The notes under the pieces are model-generated. The model saw only the letters and a list, made by a program, of their open reading frames with translations. It had not been told where the DNA came from and did not search any database. A DNA stretch of 64,000 bases from an uncultured delta proteobacterium (GTDB taxonomy: Bacteria; Desulfobacterota; Binatia; UBA9968). This document shows positions 19,898-31,438 of the stretch, piece after piece. The stretch lies in the NCBI GenBank assembly GCA_963755715.1, contig CAVWLW010000076.1, positions 49,413-113,412 of the forward strand, read 5' to 3'. Position numbers and translations under genes: made by a program. How positions within the stretch are numbered: position 1 is the stretch's first letter; every line of letters starts with the position of its first letter.

Positions 19898-21616
19898 TCA
19901 AGGTTCGACGCCCAAGTAGGCGTTGCGCACGTATTGCAAAACCATTCGTTGGGTGTGGAAGAACGAGCCGTTTAAAGCGATCGTCGAGCGTCTGATTTCC
20001 GTGAAGGCATCGGGCTTGCCGTAATACAGCGGCAGAATCGCGTGCTCGAGCTTATCGTAAAGGGCATTGGCTTCGACCGCGGCATCAGTTTCGCGATCAC
20101 CGTGGTTGCCGATCGCCCACCCTGTGACGCCTTCGACATGCCCCTCGATCCACCAACCATCGAGCACGCTAAGACTCGGCACGCCGTTCAGCGCCGCCTT
20201 CATGCCGCTGGTGCCGGATGCTTCCAGCGGCCGTTCCGGCGTATTCAGCCAGACATCCACACCGGCGCACAAAGTGCGGGCAAGATCCATGTCGTAGTTT
20301 TCCAGGTAGACTATTTTGAGTACTTCTCGCAACTTCTCCGATAATTCGAAAATCCGCCGAATAATCGTCTTGCCGCCTTCGTCCTTCGGATGGGCCTTGC
20401 CGCTATAAATGATCTGGAAGGGTCCCGCCTGATCGGCCACGCGCTTCAGGCGCTCGATGTCGGTAAACAATAAATCCGCTCGCTTGTAGGCGGCGGCCCG
20501 GCGTGCAAAACAAAGCGTGAGAACGTTTTCGGCGAGGTGCACTTGGGTCCGCTGGGCGATTTGCGCGATCATCTCGCGCTTGGCCAGGACATGGGCGCGG
20601 TGCACGTCGGCTAACGGCATCTTGATGGCGTAGCGCAAATAAAAATTATCGCGGCGCCACTCGGGAATATAGCGATCGTAAAGACTGCGAAACGGCGGCG
20701 CCGTCCAAGTGAAGGCGTGAACCCCGTTGGTAATTGAATCGATCGGGTAATGCGGAAACATGCCGCGCGAAATTTCGCCGTGGCGCATAGCGACGCCGTT
20801 GATATAGCGGGATAAGCGCAGCGCGAGATAGGTCATGTTCAATTTGCCGTTTTGCACGCACTGCATCGCTTCCAAAGCTGCCGCCCGCTCGTTTCCCAAG
20901 ACCGTCCGAACCAAATCGAGGGAAAATTCGTCATGCCCGGCCGGCACCGGCGTGTGCGTGGTGAACACGCTGCGTTGGCTGACGGCTTCGCGATCCGATT
21001 CCGTCACGGTTTCCAGATTGCCGCGCGTCGTTTCGCGTTCGAGTAGCGCGAGAGTCAGGAGCGCGGCATGGCCCTCGTTCATGTGGTAGGTGCTGATGTG
21101 CTTGTAACCGAGCGCCTCCAACATGGCGACACCACCCATGCCTAGAACAATCTCTTGACACAAACGATGCTGCGCGTCGCCGTTATAGAGCGCGTCGGTC
21201 AAGCTCTGTTCCCAGGGATTATTTTCGTCGCCGCCGGTGTCGAGAAAATATACCGGCACAACGTGCCCAAACACGCCGCGGACAACAGAGCGCCAGGCGC
21301 GAACCATGACGGCTTTGCCTGATATCGGCACGAATACGCACGGCACCATCGGCTCCAATGCTTGTTCGAAGTCCCAAGAGGCGGGGCTCTCGGTTTGATT
21401 ACCGGCGCTATCGAGGCGCTGGCGAAAATAACCCTTGCGATGGAGCAAAGTGATGCCGATCATGGGCAGGCCAAGGTCGGCGGCGGCTCGTAACGTATCA
21501 CCGGCTAGGATGCCGAGACCGCCACTATAGGTGGGCATGGTCGAGTCAAGGCCGACTTCCATGGAAAAATAGGCGATATAATCGGGCCGAATCTCTTTCG
21601 GGAGCATGGCTGTCAT
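19898..21616 (-). CDS. glgP: Alpha-glucan phosphorylase
   Basis: YSGGLG, NEGH, EASGTSGMKAALNG. Confidence 0.93.
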   Translation of the reverse strand: MTAMLPKEIRPDYIAYFSMEVGLDSTMPTYSGGLGILAGDTLRAAADLGLPMIGITLLHRKGYFRQRLDSAGNQTESPASWDFEQALEPMVPCVFVPISGKAVMVRAWRSVVRGVFGHVVPVYFLDTGGDENNPWEQSLTDALYNGDAQHRLCQEIVLGMGGVAMLEALGYKHISTYHMNEGHAALLTLALLERETTRGNLETVTESDREAVSQRSVFTTHTPVPAGHDEFSLDLVRTVLGNERAAALEAMQCVQNGKLNMTYLALRLSRYINGVAMRHGEISRGMFPHYPIDSITNGVHAFTWTAPPFRSLYDRYIPEWRRDNFYLRYAIKMPLADVHRAHVLAKREMIAQIAQRTQVHLAENVLTLCFARRAAAYKRADLLFTDIERLKRVADQAGPFQIIYSGKAHPKDEGGKTIIRRIFELSEKLREVLKIVYLENYDMDLARTLCAGVDVWLNTPERPLEASGTSGMKAALNGVPSLSVLDGWWIEGHVEGVTGWAIGNHGDRETDAAVEANALYDKLEHAILPLYYGKPDAFTEIRRSTIALNGSFFHTQRMVLQYVRNAYLGVEP

Positions 21617-21662
21617 CGAATCACATCAATCTCGAATGAGAGAAAATTCAACCTGGGGGTGG

Positions 21663-21678
21663 TGCAGGAAGTGTACCA
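21663..21678 (-). promoter_or_regulatory. Sigma-54-like promoter of glgP
   Basis: TGGTACACTTCCTGCA, GG-N10-GC. Confidence 0.45.
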
Positions 21679-21847
21679 AGAAAGCGAAGCAGGGTTATTC
21701 CAGAAATTCAAGCAATTGCCCGGCGATCGTTGGCTTAGCACGATGGCAAGTATTAAAAATTATGCAGGGCCCGCTTAAAAAAGCAGCGTCAATGTCGGTG
21801 AATCTCTATGGATCGATCGCGGCGAGCGCTCCGCCATGTACGATACT

Positions 21848-21863
21848 CGGCACCGAATTCGCA
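21848..21863 (+). promoter_or_regulatory. Sigma-54-like promoter of ppc
   Basis: CGGCACCGAATTCGCA, GG-N10-GC. Confidence 0.45.
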
Positions 21864-21898
21864 ATGAAGCTAGTCAGTGAAGTCGTGCGGCAGCGAAA

Positions 21899-24689
21899 GT
21901 GACTGACTCAGTCGGAGAAACCGTGGATCCTGCAGACAATCCTGAATCTCTCGACAAAGATCGGCCCCTGCGCGAAGACATTCGCCTGCTTGGGCGTTTG
22001 CTCGGCGACACTTTGCGCGAGCAAGAGGGCGCCGGGGTGTTTAATCTCGTCGAGAATGTCCGGCAGACGGCGGTGCGTTTTCGCCGCGACGGCGAGGCGC
22101 AAGCGCGGGCCGAGCTTCAGTCAACGCTCAGCGCTCTGAGCCTAGATGCGACCGTATCGGTGGCTCGGGCATTTACCTATTTTTCCCAGCTCAGCAATAT
22201 TGCCGAGGATTTGCATCGTAACCGGCGTCACCGCGCGCACCAATTTGCCGGTTCACCGCCACAGAAGGGTAGCTTGGAGCATTCCGTCCAGCGAGCGCTG
22301 GATAGCGGTATAACATGTCCGGCATTACGTGGATTTTTCAGCACTGCGCTTATCGTCCCGGTACTCACCGCGCATCCGACCGAGGTGCAGCGCAAGAGTA
22401 TTCTCGACTGCCAGCGTGACATCGCCGTCTTGCTCGAGGAGCGCGACCGGCTTCGGCTCACGCCGGCGGAGCAAGCGCGCCACGAGGACGCGCTGCGCCG
22501 GTCCGTTCTCACGCTTTGGCAGACGCGCATCTTGCGCGAGTTGACGTTATCCGTGCGCGATGAAGTCGACAACGGTTTATCTTATTTCGCCACGACCTTT
22601 CTCGAACAGATGCCGCGCCTTTATGGCGAGCTCGAAGATTTACTCGATAGCCGTTGCAGCCGCGCCGCTACTCCTCTGCCGGCGTTTTTAAAAATCGGCA
22701 ATTGGATCGGCGCCGACCGCGACGGCAACCCGCAGGTGAACGATGAAGCCTTACGGTACGCGCTGCATCGACAATCTGGCGTGGCGCTGAGCCACTATTT
22801 GACCGAACTAGAACGCTTGCGCCGAGAGCTCTCGCAGTCGCTTCGTCTCGTCAAAGTGACGACCGAGCTCGAGCAGCTCGCGCGTCTTTCGAACGACGCT
22901 TCGGCGCACCGGCGTGACGAGCCCTACCGTCTGGCTTTAAGCCATATTCGCGAGCGGCTCTTAGCGACGGCTTCGACTCTGGATCAATCGCCCCGCGGCG
23001 AGCCGAACGCAGGCAAGGTCACGCCTTATGTCAATCCGGCCGAGCTGGCACGCGATCTTCAGATCGTCTCGGCTTCGCTCGAACAACACGGTTCGGGCCG
23101 TGTCGCGCGCGGTCGTTTGCGCGGTTTGTGCCGCGCCGTCGAGGTGTTTGGCTTTCATCTCGCGCCGCTGGATTTGCGACAGCATAGCGCGGCGCATGAG
23201 CGTGTCGTCACCGAGCTGTTCCGAGTCGGCGCGCGGCGCGACGGCTATGATTTACTCGACGAGGCGGAGCGGCAGCGCTGGCTCCTGGAAGAGCTCACGC
23301 TGCCGCGTTTGCTGCGCTCGCCGCACGCGGTGTACAGCCGGGAAACCGAATCGGAGCTGAAGGTTTTTGACACGGCGGCGGAGATGCAAGGGCGCTATGG
23401 CCAAGACGCCATCGCCACGGTCATCGTCTCGATGACTGCGGCGGCGAGTGATTTGCTTGAAGCAACGCTGCTGCTCAAAGAAGCGGGATTGATGCAGCTA
23501 TCGCCGCAACCGCGCTTGGCGCTGAACGTCGTGCCGCTGTTCGAAACGATCGCGAGCCTGCGCGACTGCGCAAAGATCATCGACGCGCTGTTGAGCATGC
23601 CTGGCTACCGCCAGCTGTTGGCTGATCGCGGTGACGTGCAGGAAGTCATGCTCGGTTATTCCGACAGCAATAAGGATGGCGGCTATTTGACGTCGAGTTG
23701 GGAGCTTTACCAGGCGGCAGTGGCGCTCGTGCGCGTGGGCCGCGGCCACGGCATAAAGTTACGTTTGTTTCATGGCCGCGGCGGTACGGTCGGCCGCGGC
23801 GGCGGGCCGAGCTATGAAGCGATCTTGGCGCAACCGGCGGGCAGCGTTGCGGGGCAGATCCGGATAACCGAACAGGGCGAGGTGATCGCCAGCAAATATG
23901 CCGACCCGGAGATCGGCCGGCGCAATTTGGAAACGCTCGTGGCAGCGACTCTGGAAGCGACCCTGTTGTGTTCTGAAAACGAAGTGGAGGTCGGCTACCA
24001 GGAGGCGATGAACGAACTTTCCGCCGAAGCCTTCCGAGCGTATCGGGCGCTGGTTTATGAAACTCCGGGGTTCAGCGACTTCTTTCAAACCGCCACGCCG
24101 ATCAGTGAAATTGCCGATCTGCATGTGGGAAGCCGGCCCGCCTCGCGCAGCGGATCCAAGCGAATCGAAGATCTGCGCGCGATCCCATGGGTATTCAGTT
24201 GGTCGCTGGCGCGGATCATGCTGCCGGGCTGGTTTGGCTTCGGCGCCGCGGTCGACGCCTTCGTTTTACGCCGCAGCGCGCGCCGGTCTTGAGCTCTTGC
24301 GCGAAATGTATGCGCGCTGGCCATTTTTCAATACTTTGCTCTCGAATATGGACATGGTGCTGGCAAAAAGCGATCTCCACATCGCCTCGCGTTACGCCGA
24401 ATTGGTCGGCGACGTTGAGCTGCGTGACGATATCTTCGGCCGCATCCGGGACGAGCATGAGCGGACGGTTGCGCACTTGCTCGCGATCACCCGACAGACG
24501 GAGTTACTCGAGGGCAATCCGCTGTTGGCGCGCAGCTTTCGCAATCGCGTGCCTTATATCGACCCGCTCAATCATCTTCAGGTCGAAGCCCTGCGCCGCT
24601 ATCGCGCCGGCGAAACCGACGACCGCGTGAAACGCGCGATTTTGCTGACGATCAACGGCATCGCGGCGGGCCTGCGCAACAGCGGCTGA
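21899..24689 (+). CDS. ppc: Phosphoenolpyruvate carboxylase (frameshift near 24283)
   Basis: [32 protein letters not shown], terminal RNSG. Confidence 0.93.
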
Positions 24690-24886
24690 ACGGGACGATC
24701 CCGATTAAAGTAAGAGCAGATCCTCGGTTTCTTCCATTGCGTCGAAGCGCGCAAAGGATTAAAGCGTCGCTTAGCACAGCGGATAGGCGAAGACTCTGAT
24801 CAAAGCCGAGGCAATGGCTTGCTGAAAATTTAATCGTTCGCTTGTCAGTCGGGCACAGAACCATCACGATTCGGCTTATGGCCGCC

Positions 24887-24902
24887 TGGCATGCCGGTTG
24901 CG
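24887..24902 (+). promoter_or_regulatory. Sigma-54 promoter upstream of ATP-grasp/alpha-E pair
   Basis: TGGCATGCCGGTTGCG. Confidence 0.6.
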
Positions 24903-24978
24903 GGAGTAGCGGGCGAAACAATTTTGTGAGAAGCGTCGGTAGTGGTTCATTTTCAATGTGCTGTGAACCCTCAGATCG

Positions 24979-25057
24979 GGAAAGATTCCTCGCTTCGTGC
25001 TCGGAATGACAACCAATTAAGCCTTTGTCATCTCGAACGAAGTGAGAGATCTTTTCC
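24979..25057. repeat. Palindromic REP-like element (AGATTCCTCG...GGAATGAC / GTCATCTCG...AGATCT)
   Basis: Two inverted related units; same family as 55510-55561. Confidence 0.6.
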
Positions 25058-25124
25058 AAAACGGAACCACAATCGAAGCGTCGATGAACAGAGTAGTTTA
25101 GCGCAATGATCCGAAGGGCAGCCG

Positions 25125-26558
25125 ATGCAGTTTGCCACTTACGAGACCGCGAATTTTTATGACGAGATGTTTCTCGCCGATGGCTCGCCGCGCAGCGGCG
25201 CCCGCTTGCTGCAAGAGCGCATCGCCTCGCTGCCGGACGGCGAACTCCTAGCCCGCCAAGCGGCCGCCGAACGGCTGCTGCTGCAAAACGGCATCACCTT
25301 TAACGTCTACAGCGATAGCGCCGCGACCGAAAAGATTTTCCCTTTCGATATCATTCCGCGGATCGTCGAGGCCGCTGAGTGGGATTGGCTCGAAAAGGGC
25401 TTGAAGCAGCGGGTTTACGCGCTGAATTTGTTCATCGACGATATTTATCACGAGCAAAAGATCCTCAAAGACAAAGTCATTCCCGAAGCGTTAATTCAAT
25501 CGGCACGTTCCTTTAGAAAGGAATGCGTCGGCCTCAATCCACCGCAAAAGGTCTGGTGCCATATTACGGGGACCGATCTGGTGCGTGATCGTGACGGCCA
25601 GATTTACGTACTCGAAGACAACCTGCGTTGTCCCTCGGGCGTGTCCTATGTGCTCGAGAACCGCCGCATCTTGAAACGAACCTTTCCGCAAGTCTTTGAA
25701 GCTTTGCGGGTACGTCCGGTCGATGAATATCCGAGCCGTTTACTGTCCACCTTGCAGTCGCTTTTCCCCGCCGCCATGGAATCACCCAAGGTCGCGCTGC
25801 TGACTCCGGGAATTTTTAATTCCGCCTACTACGAACACACTTTTCTGGCCCAACAGATGGGTGTCGAACTGGTCGAAGGCAATGATCTCGTCGCTGCCAA
25901 TGGCCGGATCATGATGCGCACGACCAAGGGGTTTGAACCGGTCGATGTATTGTACCGCCGGATCGATGACGATTTTCTCGATCCCGAGGTCTTTCGTTCG
26001 GACTCGCTTTTGGGTGTGCCGGGATTGATGGAGATTTATAAAAAAGGCCGGGTTGCTTTGGCCAACGCGCCGGGCACCGGCATCGCCGACGATAAATGTA
26101 TTTACGCCTTCGTGCCGAAAATTATCGAATATTATCTCGGCGAAAAAATTATCATTCCCAATGTGCCGACCCATGTCTGCGCAGAGCCGAAAGAGCTGGC
26201 GTACGTGATCTCGAATCTAGACAAGTTGGTGGTGAAGGCAGTTAACGAATCGGGTGGTTATGGCATGCTCGTTGGGCCGCACGCGACTCCTGAGGAACGG
26301 TCGGAGTTCGCGCTCCGCATCCAAGAAAACCCGCGCAATTACATCGCTCAGCCGACTTTGGCCCTGTCGCGTGTGCCGGTCATCGTCAACGGTCAAGTTG
26401 CCGGTCGCCACGTCGATTTGCGACCCTACGTGCTCTACGGCACCGACATTTATGTGCTGCCCGGCGGCTTGACGCGGGTGGCGCTGAAACAGGGTTCTTT
26501 GGTCGTTAACTCGTCTCAAGGCGGCGGCAGTAAGGATACCTGGGTGCTGATGTCTTGA
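25125..26558 (+). CDS. Circularly permuted type 2 ATP-grasp protein
   Basis: EDNLRCPSGVSY, YRRIDDDFLDP, NSSQGGGSKDTWV. Confidence 0.93.
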   Translation: MQFATYETANFYDEMFLADGSPRSGARLLQERIASLPDGELLARQAAAERLLLQNGITFNVYSDSAATEKIFPFDIIPRIVEAAEWDWLEKGLKQRVYALNLFIDDIYHEQKILKDKVIPEALIQSARSFRKECVGLNPPQKVWCHITGTDLVRDRDGQIYVLEDNLRCPSGVSYVLENRRILKRTFPQVFEALRVRPVDEYPSRLLSTLQSLFPAAMESPKVALLTPGIFNSAYYEHTFLAQQMGVELVEGNDLVAANGRIMMRTTKGFEPVDVLYRRIDDDFLDPEVFRSDSLLGVPGLMEIYKKGRVALANAPGTGIADDKCIYAFVPKIIEYYLGEKIIIPNVPTHVCAEPKELAYVISNLDKLVVKAVNESGGYGMLVGPHATPEERSEFALRIQENPRNYIAQPTLALSRVPVIVNGQVAGRHVDLRPYVLYGTDIYVLPGGLTRVALKQGSLVVNSSQGGGSKDTWVLMS

Positions 26559-26607
26559 GGATCGGCTTTGGACCCGCCGGATCGTGGAATTTTGCTGAAA
26601 TAAGCCC

Positions 26608-27588
26608 ATGCTGAGCCGAGTTGCCAACTCGATTTACTGGTTGAGCCGTTACATGGAACGGGCCGAGAACGTTTCCCGATTCATCGACGTCAACTTGCAA
26701 ATGATGCTCGATCTTCCCTCCGGTTCCAATCAGCAATGGCGACCGCTTGTCAGCATTTCCGGCGATGATTCGGTTTTCACTTCGCGATACGCGACCGCCA
26801 CACGGGAAAACGTCATAAAATTTCTCGCCTTGGACATGGAGAACCCGAACTCTATTGTGTCTTGCTTGCGTGCGGCGCGCGAAAATTCACGCACGGTGCG
26901 CGAGGCGATTTCGTCGGAAATGTGGGAGCAGGTGAATACCAGCTACTTGGCGATTAACGCCGCGGCTTCGAACCCGCTGCTGATTCACTCGCCTTATAGT
27001 TTTTTTAACGAAGTCAAAAAAGCCAGCCAGTTATTCGACGGCGTGGCCGAGGCGACGATGTTGCGCGGCGAAGGCTGGCATTTTTTCCGAATGGGCCGCT
27101 TGGTCGAGCGCGCCGACAAGACCTCGCGTTTGTTGGACGTGAAATATTACATTTTGCTGCCTTCGCTCACCGACGTGGGTACGCCTTTGGATGATATTCA
27201 ATGGGCGGCGGTGTTGCGATCGGCGAGCGCGCTGGAAATGTATCGCAAGCGCCACGGCCATATCGCGCCGGAGCAGATCGTCGAGTTTCTCGTGCTCGAT
27301 CATGAATTTCCGCGTTCGATCCATCATTGCCTGACCGCGGCCAACGACTCGCTTCACTCGATCTCGGGTACGCCGGTCGGCATGTACCGCAATCCCGCCG
27401 AGCAACGGCTCGGCCAATTGCGCGCCGAGTTGGCCTACGCGGACACGGAACACATCATCAAGCGCGGCTTGCACGAATTTCTCGATGGCTTTCAAACGAA
27501 GCTGAATCTCGCCGACCAATGCATCTACGACACCTTTTTTGCGCTCCGCCCCATCGGCGCCAGTGCGCCCTATCGACCCAATCAATAG
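26608..27588 (+). CDS. Alpha-E domain protein
   Basis: MLSRVANSIYWLSRYMERAE, GRLVERAD. Confidence 0.92.
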   Translation: MLSRVANSIYWLSRYMERAENVSRFIDVNLQMMLDLPSGSNQQWRPLVSISGDDSVFTSRYATATRENVIKFLALDMENPNSIVSCLRAARENSRTVREAISSEMWEQVNTSYLAINAAASNPLLIHSPYSFFNEVKKASQLFDGVAEATMLRGEGWHFFRMGRLVERADKTSRLLDVKYYILLPSLTDVGTPLDDIQWAAVLRSASALEMYRKRHGHIAPEQIVEFLVLDHEFPRSIHHCLTAANDSLHSISGTPVGMYRNPAEQRLGQLRAELAYADTEHIIKRGLHEFLDGFQTKLNLADQCIYDTFFALRPIGASAPYRPNQ

Positions 27589-27681
27589 TCGTTCGTTTAG
27601 CGCGACGTTCTACGGCAGGCAATTCTCAGATTCAAAGAGCCGTTTAAATATGACTTGGTATCGAGGGGCCGCTATTTGACT

Positions 27682-29421
27682 CTACGCTCTGCTGGCAGCC
27701 GCTTTCTTGAAAACTTCGGCGCTCGTTATTTCGCTTGCCGCAATCAGCAACTGATCTCCACCCTCGAGTCGTGAGGAGCCACGCGGGAGTTGGATCTGCT
27801 GTTTGTGGATAATCGCTACGACAACGAGTTCGGGAAACTGGTCGAAAACCTCCGCGATACTGCGGCCAGCGAACTTTGAGTCGTCCGGCAAATTTACCGT
27901 CATCAAGATACCTTGCCCGCCATGAATGGGAACGGGCGTGCCGTGGCGCAGCAAAGAGGCTAAATGTGGCAACGTGACATTTCTGAGATCCACAAGAGGA
28001 CCACGCTCGAGCACCGCGAAGGTTGCCCGGAGCATAGTTTCCAGGTGGGTAGGTGAATCGGATCTTAGCTCTACCTGCGCCTCGTATAGTCGAGGATATT
28101 TGAACCCCGACGATACGGTTCGTTCTACGACAAATGCTATCGTCGTCGCGAGCATCGACGGAACGATCAATCCATAGCCGCCAGTCATCTCCGCGACCAT
28201 GATTAACGTGGCGATCGGAACGCGCGCCGTGCCGGCGAATACGGCAGCCATGCCGACGACCGCGAAGGCGGCGGTGTTAAAGCCGGCACCCGGGATGAAA
28301 TGGTCTGCGACAAAAGCAACCCACGCCCCCACCATACCGCCGATATACACATTGGGACCGAATACTCCGCCCGAGCCGCCGGAAGAGATCGTCAAAGACA
28401 TGGCCAATATTTTCGCGAGCGCAAGAAAGATCAGCGACCAGCCGATGTAATCTCCGGTCATTGCTTTCTGAACCCAGCCGTATCCGGTAGAGATTGTTTC
28501 GGGGACAACGAGGGCGAGCAACCCCATCAAAAGCCCGCCGATAGCCGGCTTTACATGATTGGGAATTTTTAAGGCTCGAAACAGATCCCTGATTCCGTAA
28601 AAGATCGGCGCTTCAATGGCGCCGACAATGCCAGCTACCACCCCGAGTATAGCGTAACCGACAAGCGCGATGGGCTGAGTAAAATGAACAGTTTGAGGAA
28701 AGAGAAAAATCGGCGACCATCCGACAAACAATCCGTTCACCGCGTATGCCACGACCGATGCGACGACAGTATAAATAAGGGCTTCGGTTTCAAAGGCCAT
28801 GCCCGAATAGAGAATTTCTACTGAAAAGATCGCCATCCCTAAAGGGGACCGAAAGATTGCGGCAAGTCCTGCGGCCATTCCAGCAAGAACCAAGATTCGC
28901 CGTTCCTCATCTGGCAATCGCAACAAGTCCGCGAGCATGGAACCGACGCCGACGCTGATCTGCGCGGTGGGTCCTTCACGTCCGGCCGCTCCGCCGGATC
29001 CGATTGTGATGGCGGAAGCGAAGACTTTTATCAGCGGAACAATCGGTCTGACTCTGCCGCCTTTGAAGTGAAATGCTTCCACCGCAGCGTCGGTACCGTG
29101 ACCTTCCGCCTCCGGGGCGAAAGTATAGACCAATATTCCTGAGAGAAGTCCGCCCAAGGTGGTTACCAGCGGGATCAGCCACAAACCCCAACTGCCGACA
29201 ATAGGCTGGGGATTCAGACTTCCCGGTTCGGGTGGCTGGTAGCCGGCGATGCCGACTAGGAGCAGATGCTCGGTGAAATTCAAAATCCAGACGAAAAGCT
29301 GTGCCCCCAATCCACCCGCAACACCGATCAAGGCCGAATAAAATAAAAGCCGATACTCGTTCCACGGAGACTTGGTCAATTGCGTGGCAGGTTTAGTTTG
29401 TGGCTCAGTGCTCCCAGTCAT
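27682..29421 (-). CDS. ClC chloride channel/antiporter with C-terminal RCK_C (TrkA-C) domain
   Basis: GHGTD, GREGP, GGVFGP motifs. Confidence 0.9.
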   Translation of the reverse strand: MTGSTEPQTKPATQLTKSPWNEYRLLFYSALIGVAGGLGAQLFVWILNFTEHLLLVGIAGYQPPEPGSLNPQPIVGSWGLWLIPLVTTLGGLLSGILVYTFAPEAEGHGTDAAVEAFHFKGGRVRPIVPLIKVFASAITIGSGGAAGREGPTAQISVGVGSMLADLLRLPDEERRILVLAGMAAGLAAIFRSPLGMAIFSVEILYSGMAFETEALIYTVVASVVAYAVNGLFVGWSPIFLFPQTVHFTQPIALVGYAILGVVAGIVGAIEAPIFYGIRDLFRALKIPNHVKPAIGGLLMGLLALVVPETISTGYGWVQKAMTGDYIGWSLIFLALAKILAMSLTISSGGSGGVFGPNVYIGGMVGAWVAFVADHFIPGAGFNTAAFAVVGMAAVFAGTARVPIATLIMVAEMTGGYGLIVPSMLATTIAFVVERTVSSGFKYPRLYEAQVELRSDSPTHLETMLRATFAVLERGPLVDLRNVTLPHLASLLRHGTPVPIHGGQGILMTVNLPDDSKFAGRSIAEVFDQFPELVVVAIIHKQQIQLPRGSSRLEGGDQLLIAASEITSAEVFKKAAASRA

Positions 29422-29916
29422 CTATTTTCATTACCCCGTTGCAAGATTTGGAGACACGAGCGATATGTACGCCTGTATTATTTGGTCGATCTCAATGATC
29501 ACAGCATTAGTTGCGACAAGCATTCTTTATCATTGCCGTAGGCGGCACGCGGTTCAAGGTAGCCGCCCGTGGCGCACGAGAGCCGTGAATGTGGATTGCC
29601 TAACGCGGATGTCGGACCCAGGCATCGATTTCGGTTTGGTTAATTAAGCAGAGTACATGCGAGATTTCGGTTGGAATTGGAAACTAGGTCTAAATACTCA
29701 TTTTGACGAAATAAAACCGTATTAATGGGATTTCAAAAAGTACGTCTGCGCACGAACCATTGCGGCAACGGAAGCGTTATTCTCCACACCCGCGATGCGG
29801 AATGAAACGAGCCAATTATAAATAATATCCATTTCCAACCTCTCGTGTACTTTTTCGGCACCTTCAGTATGAAGAGACGGAACGACATTCTCGTCGCATT
29901 AAAATAGTAAAGATGG

Positions 29917-30792
29917 CTATACGCCTGATCCCACTTTGGGACGCCACTTATCAAACCGGTGTTCGATTCGATCGAGAATTTCGGTTAGTACGATGCCGGA
30001 GATGGCAAAGATCAATACGCCGACAAAAACTTTATCGGTCTGGAAAGTCGCGCCGGCGACGGTGATCATAAAACCGATTCCCGCCGTGGCTGCATAGAGC
30101 TCGCCAACTAGCACCCCCACCAGCGCGCGCCCCACAGCGATTCGTAAACCGGTCAGAAGAAACGGCAGGGTGGAGGGGAAAACGACGCTCTTAAATACTT
30201 GCCATTCCGACGCGCCGAAACTCCTCGCGGCGTTGATCAAATTGAGTGGGGTGGTTTTAACGCCGTCTCGTGCGTTGATCAACATCGGGAAAACCGCGCC
30301 GAGAAAAATAATTCCCACCTTGGAAAGAATTCCAATGCCCAACCAGATGATCACCAAAGGCAGAAGGGCCACACGCGGGGTAGCGTTCATGGCATTGACG
30401 AAGGGATCAAAAACGTAGCTAAGCCGCTTATACCAACCTGTCAGAATGCCGAAAGGAACAGCGACGACGACCGCGAGCACATATCCCCAAAAGAACTCGA
30501 TGCTGCTGATCTTGAGGTCGTGATAAATCTCTCCCGACGAGAATAGGCCGACCGCCGCCTTGAAGATGAGCGACGGCGCGCTCATGAACATGGGGTTGAT
30601 GCGCAAAATCGGGATGGGATTGTAAACGCTCAGGGCGCCGCCCATAAACTCCCACAGCAGCAGGAATACGATCACCGCCGAGGTACCCAAGATCTTGCTC
30701 TCCTGATTGAGGTAGAACTTGTAGAGTCTCGACGCGTCGGCGACGCTTACATCTAGAAGCACATCTTGCGGAGCAACTTTTTCATTGGCCAT
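29917..30792 (-). CDS. ABC transporter permease (SsuC/TauC type)
   Basis: PRVALLP, AARSFGA, GELYAATAGIG. Confidence 0.88.
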   Translation of the reverse strand: MANEKVAPQDVLLDVSVADASRLYKFYLNQESKILGTSAVIVFLLLWEFMGGALSVYNPIPILRINPMFMSAPSLIFKAAVGLFSSGEIYHDLKISSIEFFWGYVLAVVVAVPFGILTGWYKRLSYVFDPFVNAMNATPRVALLPLVIIWLGIGILSKVGIIFLGAVFPMLINARDGVKTTPLNLINAARSFGASEWQVFKSVVFPSTLPFLLTGLRIAVGRALVGVLVGELYAATAGIGFMITVAGATFQTDKVFVGVLIFAISGIVLTEILDRIEHRFDKWRPKVGSGV

Positions 30793-30846
30793 AGTAAATC
30801 CCTCCGCGTTTTTTCGCTCGTGGCGCTCTCCTTGTTGTTCTCGTAG

Positions 30847-31394
30847 TCATGTCGTCGGAACGTTTTTCACGACAAACCGATCGTGGCGGTTTTTCTGCCA
30901 GCATTCCTCGTCTGTGCTCCTGGCAAACCGGAAGCTCTTTCCCATAGCTGATCGTGGTGATCCGGCTCAGCCGGAATTCCCAACGTCACGAGATAGTCTT
31001 TGGCCGTTTGCGCCCGCTTTGCGCCGAGAGCCAAGTTATACTCGCCGGTGCCTCTCTCATCGCAGTGTCCTTCGATTTCCACTTGGGCCGAAGCACTGTT
31101 CTTCAGCCATCCCGAATGGGACTTGAGCACGTCTCGGGCGTCTGTCCTTAGGTTATATTGATCAAAATCAAAGTAGATATCCTTTAAAGGTCCCGAGGCA
31201 GGGGCTTTTCCCTCACGATGTGCATCCAAACTAGAGCCGGAGTTGGAGGCTGCCGTCTTGATTTGTTTTGCAGTAGCCACCTTTTGTTGTGGTTGCATCG
31301 TCGTGGTATCCGGCGGCTTCGTTGATGATTTCGTAGAACAAGCCACCAACGCCAAGAAATAGCAAAGCGATGAGAAAGCTCTTGCCAGCCACAC
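30847..31394 (-). CDS. pal: Peptidoglycan-associated lipoprotein (frameshifts at 3' end)
   Basis: LVAC lipobox, IYFDFD, EGHCDERGTGEYNLALG. Confidence 0.85.
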
Positions 31395-31438
31395 CAGACT
31401 CGATATGCCGTCTATCTCTCATTGTGACGTCTCCTTTT

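Noticed and set aside
29422-29916. Fluoride riboswitch / CLC-F exporter
   Set aside because: No crcB-motif consensus seen upstream, and the protein has GHGTD/GREGP rather than CLC-F signatures
29733-29954. 73-aa ORF after the ABC permease
   Set aside because: Overlaps the permease end, AT-rich, no motif or clear RBS
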